Shown here piece after piece: positions 1 to 12,232 of a DNA stretch of 64,000 nt. This DNA is from Octopus sinensis. Lineage: Eukaryota. The stretch covers positions 3,844,001-3,908,000 of the forward strand of contig NC_043019.1 in NCBI RefSeq assembly GCF_006345805.1, read 5' to 3'. The translations under genes were made by a program, and so were the position numbers. Each line of letters opens with the position of its first letter. Within the stretch, counting starts at the first letter, position 1. Under the pieces are notes generated by a model that was given only the letters and a program-made list of their open reading frames with translations, was not told the origin of the DNA and ran no database searches.

Positions 1-239
1 TACACGGAAGCCAGTCAAGGTGGCGCTGGCATCGGCCACATACGGATGGTGCTTTTTAGATGCCTCCGGCACAGGTGGCACATGTTGAATTATGTAAAAC
101 ATTCAGAACATTAGAGAAAGAAATTTAACTGTTCTTGCAATACTTAAATATGTTGAGTATAAAATCTTTCCATGGATGCTTCAAATATTACTGTGGATCC
201 TCAATTTACTATTTTGCTAGTATAGACACCTAAAAACCG

Positions 240-900
240 TTTGTGGACCATCAGGTGTAATATGGACCCCTATCGAGAATCTCTGCAGTCCCTCAAAAAC
301 CTTATGTGGACCACCAGCTGTCATATGGAGCCCCATTGAGAATTACTGTGGATTGCCAGGTGTCATAGGGATCCCACTGAGAATCACTGTGGTCCCCCAA
401 AAACCTTATGTGGACTGCCAGGTGTCATAGGGACCCCGCTGAGAATCACTGTGGTCTCCACCAAAACCTTATATGGACCGCCAGGTGTCATGGACCCCCA
501 CTAAGAATCACTGTTGTCCCCCCCAAAATCTTATGTGGACCGCCAGGTGTCATAGGAACCCCGCTGAGAATCACTGTGGTCTCCACCTAAACCTTATGTG
601 GACTGCCAGGTGTCATATGGACTTCCATTGAGAATTACTATGGTCCCCCCAAAACCCTATGTGGACCACCAGGTATCATAGGGACCCCGCTGAGAATCAC
701 AGTGGTCTCCACCAAAACCTTATGTGGACTGCCAGGTGTCATAGGGACCCCATTGAGAATCACTGTAGTTCCCCAAAAAACCTTATGTGGATCGCCAGGT
801 GTCATATGGACCCCCATTAAGAACCTCTGTGGTCCTCACCAAAACCTTATGTGGACTGCCAGGTGTCATATAGACCCCTATTGAGAATCACTGTTCTAGA
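240..900. repeat. ~60-bp minisatellite, ~10 imperfect copies
   Basis: Unit CTTATGTGGACTGCCAGGTGTCATAGGGACCCCGCTGAGAATCACTGTGGTCxCCCxAAAAC. Confidence 0.9.
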
Positions 901-2050
901 GCCACCTAGCTTGTTAGTTATTGGTTCTGTGTCTACCTATCCATATATATGTTACCAGGTAGCCCATTTGTTTGTTTATTATGATTTTAAGCTATGCTTA
1001 AGGTTCTTCCAATCAGTGTCATATACTATTAGGGTTGTGGGTTGCCTACCAACTGTGATGAACTTCCCTTCATCCATCAATGCATTCTGTGCTCTGATAT
1101 TGGATTACTTAACTGTCTGGCCAATAATGGTGGTGTGCCTCGTTTCGACGTAGCTTTTATGGATCTCTTGTAGTCAAGTCTGTGTGTGTGTGTATGCATG
1201 CGTGTGTGTATGTATGTATGTATGTATGTATGTCTGCACGAATGTCAGGTCACTTTTGAGTGCTACTGGTAACATGTAACCCAGTACAACCTGTTGCATG
1301 GTCGGGTCGTCGGTGACTTAACCGGCAACCCCACCAAGCTTGCTTGGTGAGTAGGGTGTTTATTGGACACCCTGCGGAATGAAAAACAAAACCCGTCAAA
1401 GGACGGAGGAACTCTTGAGAGTCAACGGCCATCCAATAAATGCCTTAAGGCTGTATCATGCGCGGGGACATAGAAATAATCGGACTGAATACCTGATCGC
1501 GCGGTTAAACCATTGGGAGTGAAGGGCTCCCAGCCTTTATTAGGGCATCCTTCTAGGAGAAGGTAACTCAGGTAACTGGGATAACTCCGACATAAAACCT
1601 GCGGCTCAGTGGTTACCGATGATGTTGACGTGTTCTTCTTTTCGGATTATGGCTGCTGTTGCTTAGTGAGTGGGATTGACTCAGTGCACAGCCTTTCCTC
1701 ACTTTAAAAAAAATCTTCTTGCATAGGCATTGCATGAGAACAACATTGTTCATGATTGTTGATGGTGCTGTGAGTCTCAACTGAATGGCTGGCTGTAGCC
1801 TTAAAAAGCAAATAAAAGTCACATTTGATCACAGCACCAATAACAGTTAAGCTTCGTGCAGTGGCCATACTCGATAACGAGGGGGCAGCCATCATTTCTA
1901 GCTAGGGACCTAGAGAGATAGATAGTAAGGCAGTGATACTGTAAGACAGGGTATGGGTGGAACACGCAGGTCAGAAGCTAACGGGATTAGGGTTAGTGGG
2001 AGGTAAGCTTAGCGCACGAAGTCGAAATGTGAGAAAAAGAAGTACACCAT

Positions 2051-2482
2051 ACTGTTAGTTAGTTTGTTAGTTTGTTAGTTAATTTTTTGGCTCAAAAAGC
2101 AAAAAGCAAGGCCATGTAGGGGGACATGGAGTTATGTACAGGGTGGTGTTCATGTAAAGAGTTCAGGCCACTTGTGGTCAAGGGAGACTTTGAACCGAGC
2201 GGTCGTCGGCATCTTCACCATCTCGTCTGGCAGCTTATTCCACGGATCCGCAACCCGGACGGAGAAAGCCCCTCTCCTTCGATTGAGATGAAATCGTCGC
2301 AGATAGAGCTTTTCGGAGTGACCCCGCAGCCGACGTTCTGGAGCAGGAGTGAAGAACAGCTCTTTCGAGAGGTTACACTTTGCGCTTATGATGTTGAGAG
2401 CAAGAATGAGATCTCCACGGCGTCGTCGTTTTTCTAGAGAATAAAGGTCGAGCGTCTTCAGCCTTTCTTCATAATATACCAC
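2051..2482 (-). mobile_element. CR1-clade LINE 3' end
   Basis: YEERLKTLDLYSLEKRRRRGDLI...RGH...FSVRVADPWNKLP; 3' UTR ending in (CTAA)-like tail at 2051-2080. Confidence 0.88.
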
Positions 2483-2547
2483 ACTGTGCCATACTTATAC
2501 ACCATATATACTGCAATGTACTGTAATACTGTACTTATCTTTTACAG

Positions 2548-2660
2548 CACACCCTTCCTGTATGAACTACACTCCAGAACTTGCTCTTCGTGCTCATCAA
2601 TCACCATGGCAATGTCCCACCTGTAAGGTGTGCAGCATATGTAAAGACTCAGGAAATGTT
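2548..2660 (+). CDS. Exon 1 (first visible) of DPF+SAM gene: end of PHD1 / start of PHD2
   Basis: tttacag|...GTT|gtgagt; encodes (A)HPSCMNYTPELALRAHQSPWQCPTCKVCSICKDSGNV, matching the DPF/KAT6-type HPSC...WQCxxCKxCxxC pattern; ends phase 0. ORF 2562-3458 is read-through of this exon into the intron. Confidence 0.92.
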
Positions 2661-2769
2661 GTGAGTTTCAAATTTTTCGTTTTTTTTTCCCCGTTTCTCT
2701 TATTTTTACGTTTTTTTTATTCGCTCACCCCCCCCATCCCACCCCCACCCCCCTCAACCGTTACGAAAC

Positions 2770-3420
2770 TTACCCACTCTGCTCCTCCCTCCTTCTCAAA
2801 GCCCTTACCGTTCCTCTCCTTCCTCTTTCCCCTCGTTCCTTCTCAAAGCCCTTACAGGCCCTTCTCTTATTCCACCCCTTCCTTTTCCTCCCACCACTCC
2901 TCTTCCCCCCACCCTTCCTGTTTCCCAAAGCCTTTACAGTACCTCCTCTTCTCCCTCCTCCCCTTCCTACTTCACAAAGCCCTTACAGTCCCTTCTCTTC
3001 CTCCCACCCTTCCTATTTCTCTTCCCCTTCCTATTTCTCAAAGCCTTTACAGTTCCTCCCTTTCTCCCTCCTCCCCTTCTCAAAGCCCTTACTGTTCCAC
3101 TTCCACTTCTTTCTCTTTCCCTCATTCCTTCTCAAAATCCTTACAAGCCCTTCTCTTCTTCCACCCCTCCTTTTCCTCCTACCCTTCCTCCTCCTCCCAC
3201 CCTTCCTATTTCTCAAAGCCTTTACAGTACCTCCTCTTCTCCCTCCTCCCCTTCCTACTTCACAAAGCCCTCACAGTCCCTTTTTTTCCTCCCACCCTTC
3301 CTCGTTCTCAAAACCTTTACAGTCCCTCCTCTTCTCCCTCCTCCCCTTCTCAAAGCCCTTACAGTCCATCCTCTTCCTCCTCCTCCTCCTCCTTCTCCTT
3401 ATTCACCTCTCCCTGTACTC
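2770..3420. repeat. Pyrimidine-rich degenerate minisatellite
   Basis: Recurrent TTCTCAAAGCCCTTACAG separated by CT-rich spacers. Confidence 0.85.
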
Positions 3421-4376
3421 CATACTATTCAAGTTTTAAATCTCCCTCACAACCGTAAGAGCCAGAAAGAAATCTCACCCTAATCCCAGAATTAGGGTAC
3501 ATGTGGGATCCAAAGACCCAATCTTTCGCAAGACATCAATTGTAATCAGATTCTTATTGATAGGGGACAGGGTAGAACTAATGGGAATTAGGTTTCAAAT
3601 CTGAGACTGCCACCCATGAAAGAGCAGAAATATGACTCCAGTGCTATTCTCATTTTACCATATTGTTGTATCTGCTGTTAGGAATGTGGTCGTTAAAAAT
3701 TAATTAGAGTGAACTGCTGGAAGCAAAATTGATTAGCAATAGCAGAACAAGCTGGCCTCCGTGCCAATGGCACATAAAAAAATACAAATTTGAGCGTGAT
3801 CGTTACCTGCGTCGCCTTACTGGCACTTGTGCTGGTGGCACGTGAAAAACATTTGAGCGAGGTCATTGCCAGTGCCGCTGGACTTGCTCCTGTGCAGGTG
3901 GCACATAAAAAAACACCATTTGAGCATGGCCGTTGCTAGTACAGCCTGACTGGCCCTCGTGCCAGTGGCACTTAAAAAGCACCCACTACACTCACGGAGT
4001 GGTTGGCGTTAGGAAGGGCATCTAGCTGTAGAAACACTGCCAGATCAGACTGGAGCTTGGTGCAGTCTCCTGGCTTCCCAGACCCCGGTCGAACCATCCA
4101 ACCCATGCTAGCATGGAAAGCGGACGTTAAAGAAAGAAGTCCTTGGCACCTTCTGCAGCATAGTCCATCAATGATTTCCCTTTACTTATCTCCCTGTCCT
4201 GGACTTTCCCCTCTACTTGTCACCAGCTCTGTCTAGATTTTCTCATATCATTCTCCAGCCTACATTGGTAGAAGTTCCTATGTCTTCCACTCTTTTCTTT
4301 GTCATGGGAGTTCTCCAACTAGAGGACTGACTGGACATGGATGTGGTGTTCTGTAGACCAAATGGTTTTGCTCCTA

Positions 4377-4610
4377 AGGTGGCGAGCTGGCAGAAACGTT
4401 AGCACGCTGGGTGAAATGCGTAGCCGTATTTCGTCTGCCGTTACATTCTGAGTTCAAATTCCGCCGAGGTCGACTTTGCCTTTCATCCTTTCGGGGTCGA
4501 TAAAGTGAGTACCAGTTACGCACTGGGGTCGATGTATTCGACTTAATCCGTTCGACTGTCCTTGTTTGTCCCCTCTGTGTTTAGCCCCTTGTGGGTAGTA
4601 AAAAAAAAAT
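4377..4610 (+). mobile_element. SINE family A (representative; central GCCTTTCATCCTTTCGGGGTCGATAAA domain)
   Basis: Near-identical copies at ~11357-11582, 13550-13760, 14075-14308(-), 16532-16935, 19500-19840(-), 22502-22730, 41385-41600(-), 55130-55355(-), 63240-63655(-). The core resembles the Meta/Sauria-type SINE domain (from memory). Confidence 0.85.
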
Positions 4611-4722
4611 GGTTTTGCTCCTCGGAGTCTAGAAAGTTTTGGCAACAATTCTTCACTTTTTCTTTGCAAGTTCTTCTCATCTTCACAGCTTTGAAATTTA
4701 CTTCTGTTTTTTTTTTTTCTCA

Positions 4723-6960
4723 ATCTTTCTGTTGTGGATGTTGGTTTTTACAAGGTAAGGCTGAACATCACAACATTCAAACACAATTCCTCTTCATCAC
4801 GGAATATTACATCCACACACTAACACAATTTCTCCGAAATATGGACTATACCATTTTACCCAACCATGGATTATTACAGCATTGTACCTCTTACACATGG
4901 AATATTCTGACCACATACTAACAGTTCCAACCAGCTGTTGTTTATTATGGCCACATTCTAAAACAATTCTTCCCAAATATGGAAATTTACAACCATATTC
5001 TAATGCAGTTCTTCCCAAATATGGAATATTACCTTCTTTTGCATTTCATTACATACTTGGAATTATGATCATATTCAAACACAATTCCTCTCAGGTTTTG
5101 CATGTTACAGGCTCATTCTAACATAATTCCTCCAAAAAATGAAATATTACAACAATTTAAGAAAAAAAAAATATTTTCAAACACAGAATTTTACATCCTC
5201 ATTTTTAGACAATTCTTCGCAAATGTTGAATAATAAAGATTCTAAAGAACTTCCTCTCAAACATTTAACATTATGTCCACATGTTAACACAGTTCTCCTT
5301 AAACATGGAATATTACACAATTCTACTACAGTTTCTTTCAAACATGGAATAATTCAACTACATTCTAACATGGATCTTGTCCGACATGGAATAATACATC
5401 TTCTTTCTGAAACAATTCCCCCAAACAAAAAAAATTATCTTTCTGTTGTGGATGTTGGTTTTTACAAGGTAAGGCTGAACATCACAACATTCAAACACAA
5501 TTCCTCTTCATCACGGAATATTACATCCACACACTAACACAATTTCTCCGAAATATGGACTATACCATTTTACCCAACCATGGATTATTACAGCATTGTA
5601 CCTCTTACACATGGAATATTCTGACCACATACTAACAGTTCCAACCAGCTGTTGTTTATTATGGCCACATTCTAAAACAATTCTTCCCAAATATGGAAAT
5701 TTACAACCATATTCTAATGCAGTTCTTCCCAAATATGGAATATTACCTTCTTTTGCATTTCATTACATACTTGGAATTATGATCATATTCAAACACAATT
5801 CCTCTCAGGTTTTGCATGTTACAGGCTCATTCTAACATAATTCCTCCAAAAAATGAAATATTACAACAATTTAAGAAAAAAAAAATATTTTCAAACACAG
5901 AATTTTACATCCTCATTTTTAGACAATTCTTCGCAAATGTTGAATAATAAAGATTCTAAAGAACTTCCTCTCAAACATTTAACATTATGTCCACATGTTA
6001 ACACAGTTCTCCTTAAACATGGAATATTACACAATTCTACTACAGTTTCTTTCAAACATGGAATAATTCAACTACATTCTAACATGGATCTTGTCCGACA
6101 TGGAATAATACATCTTCTTTCTGAAACAATTCCCCCAAACAAAAAAAATTATTGTAATACAGTTTCTCCCAAACGTGGAAGGTTACATACGTATTCTGAT
6201 TTCTCTTAAAACAAGGAAGTTTTCAGCCCTTTTCTAAATCCGTTCCTCTCAAACATGGATTATTGCAACGTTCTCACACAATTCTACTCAAGATTGGAAT
6301 ATTATGACCACATTTTAACATAGTTCCTCCCAGAACTATAATAACCAAGCTCATTCTCATACTGTTCTTCCCGATTATGGAATATTACAACCATTTTCTT
6401 TCCAAATTCCTCTCAAACAAGGAGTACTATACTGACATTTGGATACAGTTCTTCTTAAACTTGGAATATTATGACCACATTTTAACATAGTTCCTCCCAG
6501 AACTATAATAACCAAGCTCATTCTCATACCATTCTTCCCGATTATGGAATATTACAACCATTTTCTTACCAAATTCCTCTCAAACAAGGAGTACTACACT
6601 GACATTTGGATACAGTTCTTAAACTTGGAATATTATGATCAAATTCTTGCATGGTTCCTCCAAACATGGAATATACAACCGATTTCTAACACAGTTGTTC
6701 TGAATTATGGAATATTACATTCTGACACATTTTCTTGCATACATGGAATATTATCACCACATTCAAACATTGCACCTATTTGGCAATGTGTATTACAGGT
6801 TTAGTTCATTCCAACATAATTCCTCCCAAACATGGAATTTATTTCCACATCCTAGCACCATTCCTCTCAAACCTGGATTATTACAGCCACTTTCTTTCAG
6901 AATTTCTCTCAAACCTGGAATATCACCATTACATTGTAAGACATTTCCTTCAACATTGGA
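4723..6960. repeat. Degenerate ~40-bp minisatellite containing a 714-bp tandem duplication (4723-5436 / 5437-6150)
   Basis: Recurrent AAACATGGAATATTAC; three ORF pairs identical at offset 714. Confidence 0.9.
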
Positions 6961-7320
6961 AAAATAATGGACTTATTGTATACTGTGCCCAGGTAAACTT
7001 AGCATGAAACCAATGGTAGCCTTAATTCACAAATATAGAAATTATACATCTACCAATGCGGTGTTGAGCACTCATTTCAACATTTGACATTTACATGAAT
7101 ATATATAAATATATATAATAAATTTCTGAACGAGGTATAAACAGTAACTGCACGACAATGTAAGGTATATTTGCCATCTCAATATAGCTAACCACTAAGC
7201 GTGGGTGTTACTGTAGCTTGTAGCCCCAGGAGAACATCTCCAGCTGGCTATAGGCATACTTTCTGTGCCCTATCGGTATTTGCAAAGGGAGGTCATCCTT
7301 CCCTCGTCAACCTAAGTGAT

Positions 7321-7367
7321 ACGCACGGACTGCAGTTTCTGGGTAATGACCCATCATCAGCGCACGG
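7321..7367 (-). ncRNA. Type I hammerhead ribozyme motif (antisense copy)
   Basis: CCGUGCG-CUGAUGA-UGGGU cauu ACCCA-GAAA-C UGCA GUC-CGUGCGU; perfect 5-bp stem II, 6-bp stem I with two G.U pairs; predicted cut after 7328. Confidence 0.87.
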
Positions 7368-7681
7368 CAATCACCGGTTTTCGATGGAAGGGTCCCAATG
7401 CAAATATTTATATCCTTTTTCCAGTGATTTTTCGTGACTGATCTTGAAAAAGTGTATACAAGCAATAATAAATCTCTGAACAAGGTATAGACATTAACTG
7501 CACGACAATGTGAAGTATATTTGCAATCTAAATATGGCTAACCACTAAGGGTGGGTGTTAATGTAGCTTGTAGACCCAGGAGAACATCTCCTCCAGCTGT
7601 TCGAGATCAGTGACGAAAAGTTACTGGAAAAATGATATAAGTATTTGCATTGGGACTCCTTTCATCGAAAACAGGTGATTG

Positions 7682-7728
7682 ACGTACGCTGATGACAGGT
7701 CAATACCTAGAAACTGCAGTCCGTGCGT
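7682..7728 (+). ncRNA. Type I hammerhead ribozyme motif (sense to host intron)
   Basis: ACGUACG-CUGAUGA(7689-95)-CAGGU caau ACCUA-GAAA(7710-13)-C UGCA GUC(cut after 7721)-CGUGCGU; 7-bp stem I, stem II with a terminal C.A mismatch, palindromic ACUGCAGU stem III. Confidence 0.85.
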
Positions 7729-7889
7729 ATGACTTAGGTTGACGAGGGAAGGATGACCTCCCTTTGCAAATACCTTAAGAGCACAGAAAGTGTGCCTAAA
7801 GCCAGCTGGAAGAGATGTTCTCCTGGGGCTACAAGCTACAGTAACACCCACCCTTAGTGGTTAGCCATATTGAGATGGCAAATATACCT

Positions 7890-7922
<33 letters not shown>

Positions 7923-8254
7923 CAAAATAAGCAACAAGGATATCCAGAGGTAATGCAGTATGATCATTTCATGCGACTCCATTTAATTGAACAGTGCAAT
8001 CGTTTCATTACATCAATTTAAAATGTAGAGCAATTTTCAGCTGCACAAAGACATAGAACTTAATTAAATTAGACACATTAGTATAATTTTACCCAAAATC
8101 TTCATGAGGATAAGGAGATAGACAAAGAACATGTTTTACCAACAACATCATAGTTGTAATCACCTTATTTTGAAATTGTATGGATAATACCATACTAAAT
8201 TCTGGTGCCTCAACTTAAGTACCATATTCATCAGAATCTAAATTTTTTACTGTA

Positions 8255-8672
8255 TACTCTTTACTCTTTTACTTGTTTCAGTCATTTGACTGCGGCCATG
8301 CTGGAGCACCACCTTTAGTCGAGCAAACCGACCCCGGGACTTATTCTTTGTAAGCCCAGTACGTATTCTATCGGTCTCTTTTGCCGAACCGCTAAGAGAC
8401 GGGGACGTAAACACACCAGCATCGGTTGTCAAGCAATGCTAGGGGGACAAACAATGACACACAAATACACACACACACATACATATATACATATATATAT
8501 ATATACATATATACGACAGGCTTTTTTCAGCTTCCGTCTACCAAATCCACCCACAAGGCATTGGTCGGCCCGGGGCTATAGCAGAAGACACTTGCCCAAG
8601 ATGCCACGCAGTGGGACTGAACCCGGAACCATGTGGTTGGTTAGCAAGCTACTTACCACACAGCCACTCCTG
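8255..8672 (-). mobile_element. tRNA-derived SINE family C (representative)
   Basis: Head GCAGGAGTGGCTGTGTGGTAAGTAGC...GGTTCAGTCCC (A/B box-like) plus CCTTGGGCAAG; copies at ~9226-9622, 17200-17625, 18942-19340 (all -), 34910-35290(+), 46700-46910, 55740-55950. Confidence 0.85.
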
Positions 8673-10080
8673 CGTATATATATATATATATATATATAAT
8701 AATAATTATTTGAGGGAATATTAATCCTAACTTACAGGGAAAAATTCATTTTAGAAATGCTAAATCAAATTTCACACAATATAATCATCATCATCATCAT
8801 CGTTTAGCGTCCGCTTTTCATGCTAGCATGGGTTGGACGGTTCAACTGGGGTATGGGAAGCCAGAAGGCTGCACCAGGCCCAGTCTGATCTGGCAGTGTT
8901 TCTACGGCTGGATGCCTTTCCTAACGCCAACCACTCTGTGAGTGTAGTGGGTGCTCAGAAAAAAAACACCTTTTCTCAATACAAAATGAACAATTAAATT
9001 ACACCATCTAGAAAATTAAATATAGAAATATTAAAATTAAAATAACAATAACATACTGATGATTAAGTAAATTGCAAAAAAATAATAAAAACGTATATAA
9101 TTGGTATATTTTTGTTATTTTAATTTTAATATTTCTATTATATGTAATTTTCTAGATGATGTAATTTAATTGTTCATTTTGAAGTGATAAAAGGTGTTTT
9201 TTTCCTAATTTATATATATATATATACTCTTTACTCTTTTACTCTTTTACTTGTTTCAGTCATTTGACTGCGGCCATGCTGGAGCACCGCCTTTAATCGA
9301 GCAACTCGACCCCGGGACTTATTCTTTTGTAAGCCCAGTACTTATTCTATCGGTCTATTTTGCCGAACCGCTAAGTAACGGGGACATAAACACACCAGCA
9401 TCAGTTGTCAAGCAATGCTAGGGGGACAAACACACACACGCATATATATACATATATACGACGGGCTTCTTTCAGTTTCCGTCTAACAAATCCACTCACA
9501 AGGCTTTGGTCGGCCCGAGGCTATAGCAGAAGACACTTGCCCAAGGTGCCACGCAGTGGGACTGAACCCGGAACCATGTGGTTGGTAAACAAGCTACTTA
9601 CCACACAACCACTCCTGCGCCTATAAAAATTTAAAGTGAGGGTGAGAAATTCGATATTAATTAAATTAACATCGATTTCACACCAGTGGTCTAGCATATA
9701 AAAAAACTGAAGGTTCAGTAAAATTGTATTATATACATATGAGAGGGAAACCACTATGTGGATGCGGACATCTTACGTAAGTTGAATTACATAACATGGT
9801 GATAGTGAAACATGTATGTGAATAATCCATATTTTTATAGCTTTTCTTTTGTCTTGCTTGATTACGTTTTGGTTATTTGCTGAATTTATTTCTTGAGAAC
9901 ATTTCTTAGTGGTAAGACCATAGCGGATCTACTCCCAGCATAAGGGCATCCACATAGTGGTTTCCTTCTCATATGTATATATATATATATATAAATTAAA
10001 TTAGAGATAAAACCACTATTAGGCAACTCAAACAGTGATAGACATAAACCAAAACATTAAAAAAAAATAAATATAATTAA

Positions 10081-10572
10081 TCTATATATATAAAACTGTA
10101 GTTGTGTGAGTGTCTGTCCCCTTCGATTTAGATTCCTAACTACTCCCACATTTTGCGGTGCAGTTTAACTAAATTCGGGTATCTTATAGTCGTGATTCAT
10201 ATCGAGCCCGTCTGAGTATTAGCGCGCGTCAACGATGAGTCTACGATTTTAAAAATAATTTAACATAATTTTTTATTCCATTTTAATGCATAATTTTTCG
10301 TCCACGCTCAAACACCTGCACCTGTGTTTGCTTCTCCCCCTTCTTCCATCCCTCGTGAAGCTGTGGGGAAGGGAGTGTAAGGAAATCAACGTCGTAAAGC
10401 GTTGTCAAGGAGACCAGCGTTCTTTTAGAACAACGACTTCATGGCTTGAAGACACCAAAACAGAAATGGCTAAGAAAGCCCAAATTGGCATCTATAACGG
10501 AAGTAACTCTCTAAAAATGCTTATATAGTTATTTCCCTTACAAACCCGAGCAACGCCGGGCGATACTGCTAG
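10081..10572 (+). mobile_element. Non-autonomous Helitron
   Basis: A^TCTATATATATAAAA ... hairpin CCCGAGCAACGCCGGG ... CTAG^T; no TSD, inserted in an AT dinucleotide. Confidence 0.88.
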
Positions 10573-11843
10573 TATAATATATATATGAAATATAAAATTT
10601 AAAATTTAAATTAATAAAATTTAAAATTTATATTTATAAATTTTTATATTTTTAAATTTTTAAACTTTCAATTTTTTTTATTTATAACTAAGCAAAAAGT
10701 ATTAAAAAATTAAATATAATCTAATAAGTATATGTAATATAAACAATATAATTGTTTTTACTTATTATATTATATTTAATATTTTATACTTTTTTGTTAG
10801 TTATAAAAAAATTTTTTTTAATTAAAAGTTTAAAAATATAAAAATTTATAAATATAAATTTTAAAATTTCAAATTTTAATGATTTAAACTTTAAATTTTA
10901 TATTTTATATATATTTATTGTATATTATATTAATTATATTTATTTTTTGTTTTTTATGTATTGGTTTATGTCTATCACTGTTTGATTTGCCTAATAGTGG
11001 TTTTATCTCTAATTTAATTTATATTTATACTGTGAAATTTGATTTAATCCTAAATCTAATTTTTCCCTGTAAGTTTGGATATACTCCCTAATATTATTAT
11101 TATTATTATATATATATATATAGTAATAATAGCAATAATCGTTGGATGGAATTTAAAAATATTTAATGCATTGCTACACACGTTTCCACAAATGACATGT
11201 CTCTTAAGATCACAGTTCGTATTTCTGGGATGATTACAGTGTAGTCCGTAGTATCTGTGGACATCAGGTTGATCATCTTCATGGATTCATTTCTTCAGGC
11301 GATATAACATAAATGGATGTACAACAGCTACTACCCTAAAAACCTGGTTTATAGGGTGGTGAGCTGGCAGAAACTTTAGCACACTAGGCAAAATGCGTGG
11401 CCGTATTTCATCTGCCGTTACGTTCTGAGTTCAAATTCCGCCGAGGTCGACTTTGCCTTTCATCCTTTTGAGGTCGATAAATTAAGTACCAGTTACGCAC
11501 TGGGGTCAATGTAATTGACTTAATCCCTTTGTCTGTCCTTGTTTGTCCCCTCTGTGTTTAGCCGCTTGTGGCTAATAAAGAAACAGAAACCCTAAAAACC
11601 TGGTTCACTGGTCAGCATTATTAGACGATGGTCAGCATAATAGAATAGGAGCTTTATTTGCATATTCAAAACGTTTCCCCATAAACAAATTTAAAAGATA
11701 GACATGGCTGTTATGCGTGTCTTATTCCGTCTGTGGTTGAATAATAGCTAAAAACTGGAAACCTTTGGTACTGCTTTAACACCAATCGCTCTGTTTAATA
11801 GGCAATGTGTGAGTGTATATATGTACGTATATGTCCATATATG

Positions 11844-12232
11844 TGGAGGCGCAATGGCCCGGTGGTTAGGGCAGCAGACTCACTGTCGTAGGATCGCAGT
11901 TTCGATTCCCAGACTGGGCGTTGTGAATGTTTATTGAGCGAAAACACCTAAAGCTCTATGAGGCTCTGGCAGGGGGTGGTGGTGAACCTTGCTGTACTCT
12001 TTCACCACAACTTTCTCTCACTCTTTCTTCCTATTTCTGTTGTACCTGTATTTCAAAGGGCCGGCCTTGTCACACTCTGTGTCACGCTGAATCTCTCGAA
12101 GATCTATGTTAAAGGTACATGTGTCTGTGGAGTGCTCAGCCACTTGCACGTTAATTTCATGAGCAGGCTGTTCCGTCGATTAGATCAACTGGAACCTCGT
12201 TGTCATAACCGACAAAGTACCAACAACAACTG
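11844..12232 (+). mobile_element. tRNA-derived SINE family D (representative)
   Basis: Head TGGAGGCGCAATGGCCCGGTGGTTAGGGCAGC...TTCGATTCCC; copies or variants at 15025-15390(-), 13790-14345, 33007-33335, 40500-40760(-), 52104-52440. Confidence 0.85.

Larger units (their letters stand above)
7117..7893. mobile_element. Retrozyme-like / non-autonomous Penelope-like element: 350-nt unit, partial tandem plus inverted copy
   Basis: aatttctgaac (7121) and aatctctgaac (7471) are 350 nt apart; 7600-7893 is the reverse complement of ~7156-7448; one hammerhead per full unit; no conserved ORF. Confidence 0.7.

Noticed and set aside
2661-3458. Ser/Pro/Leu-rich continuation of the 298-aa ORF
   Set aside because: A strong donor at 2661 and the PHD continuing in exon 13295 show this is intronic minisatellite read-through.
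11150-11310. Minus-strand CUGAAGA ... GAAACGUGUGUA as a third hammerhead
   Set aside because: It needs a ~115-nt stem II domain and a mismatched stem I; I could not establish the fold by eye.
11844-11920. tRNA genes (also 29985, 33007, 34912, 52104)
   Set aside because: These are SINE heads; they do not fold into complete cloverleafs and continue into repeat bodies.
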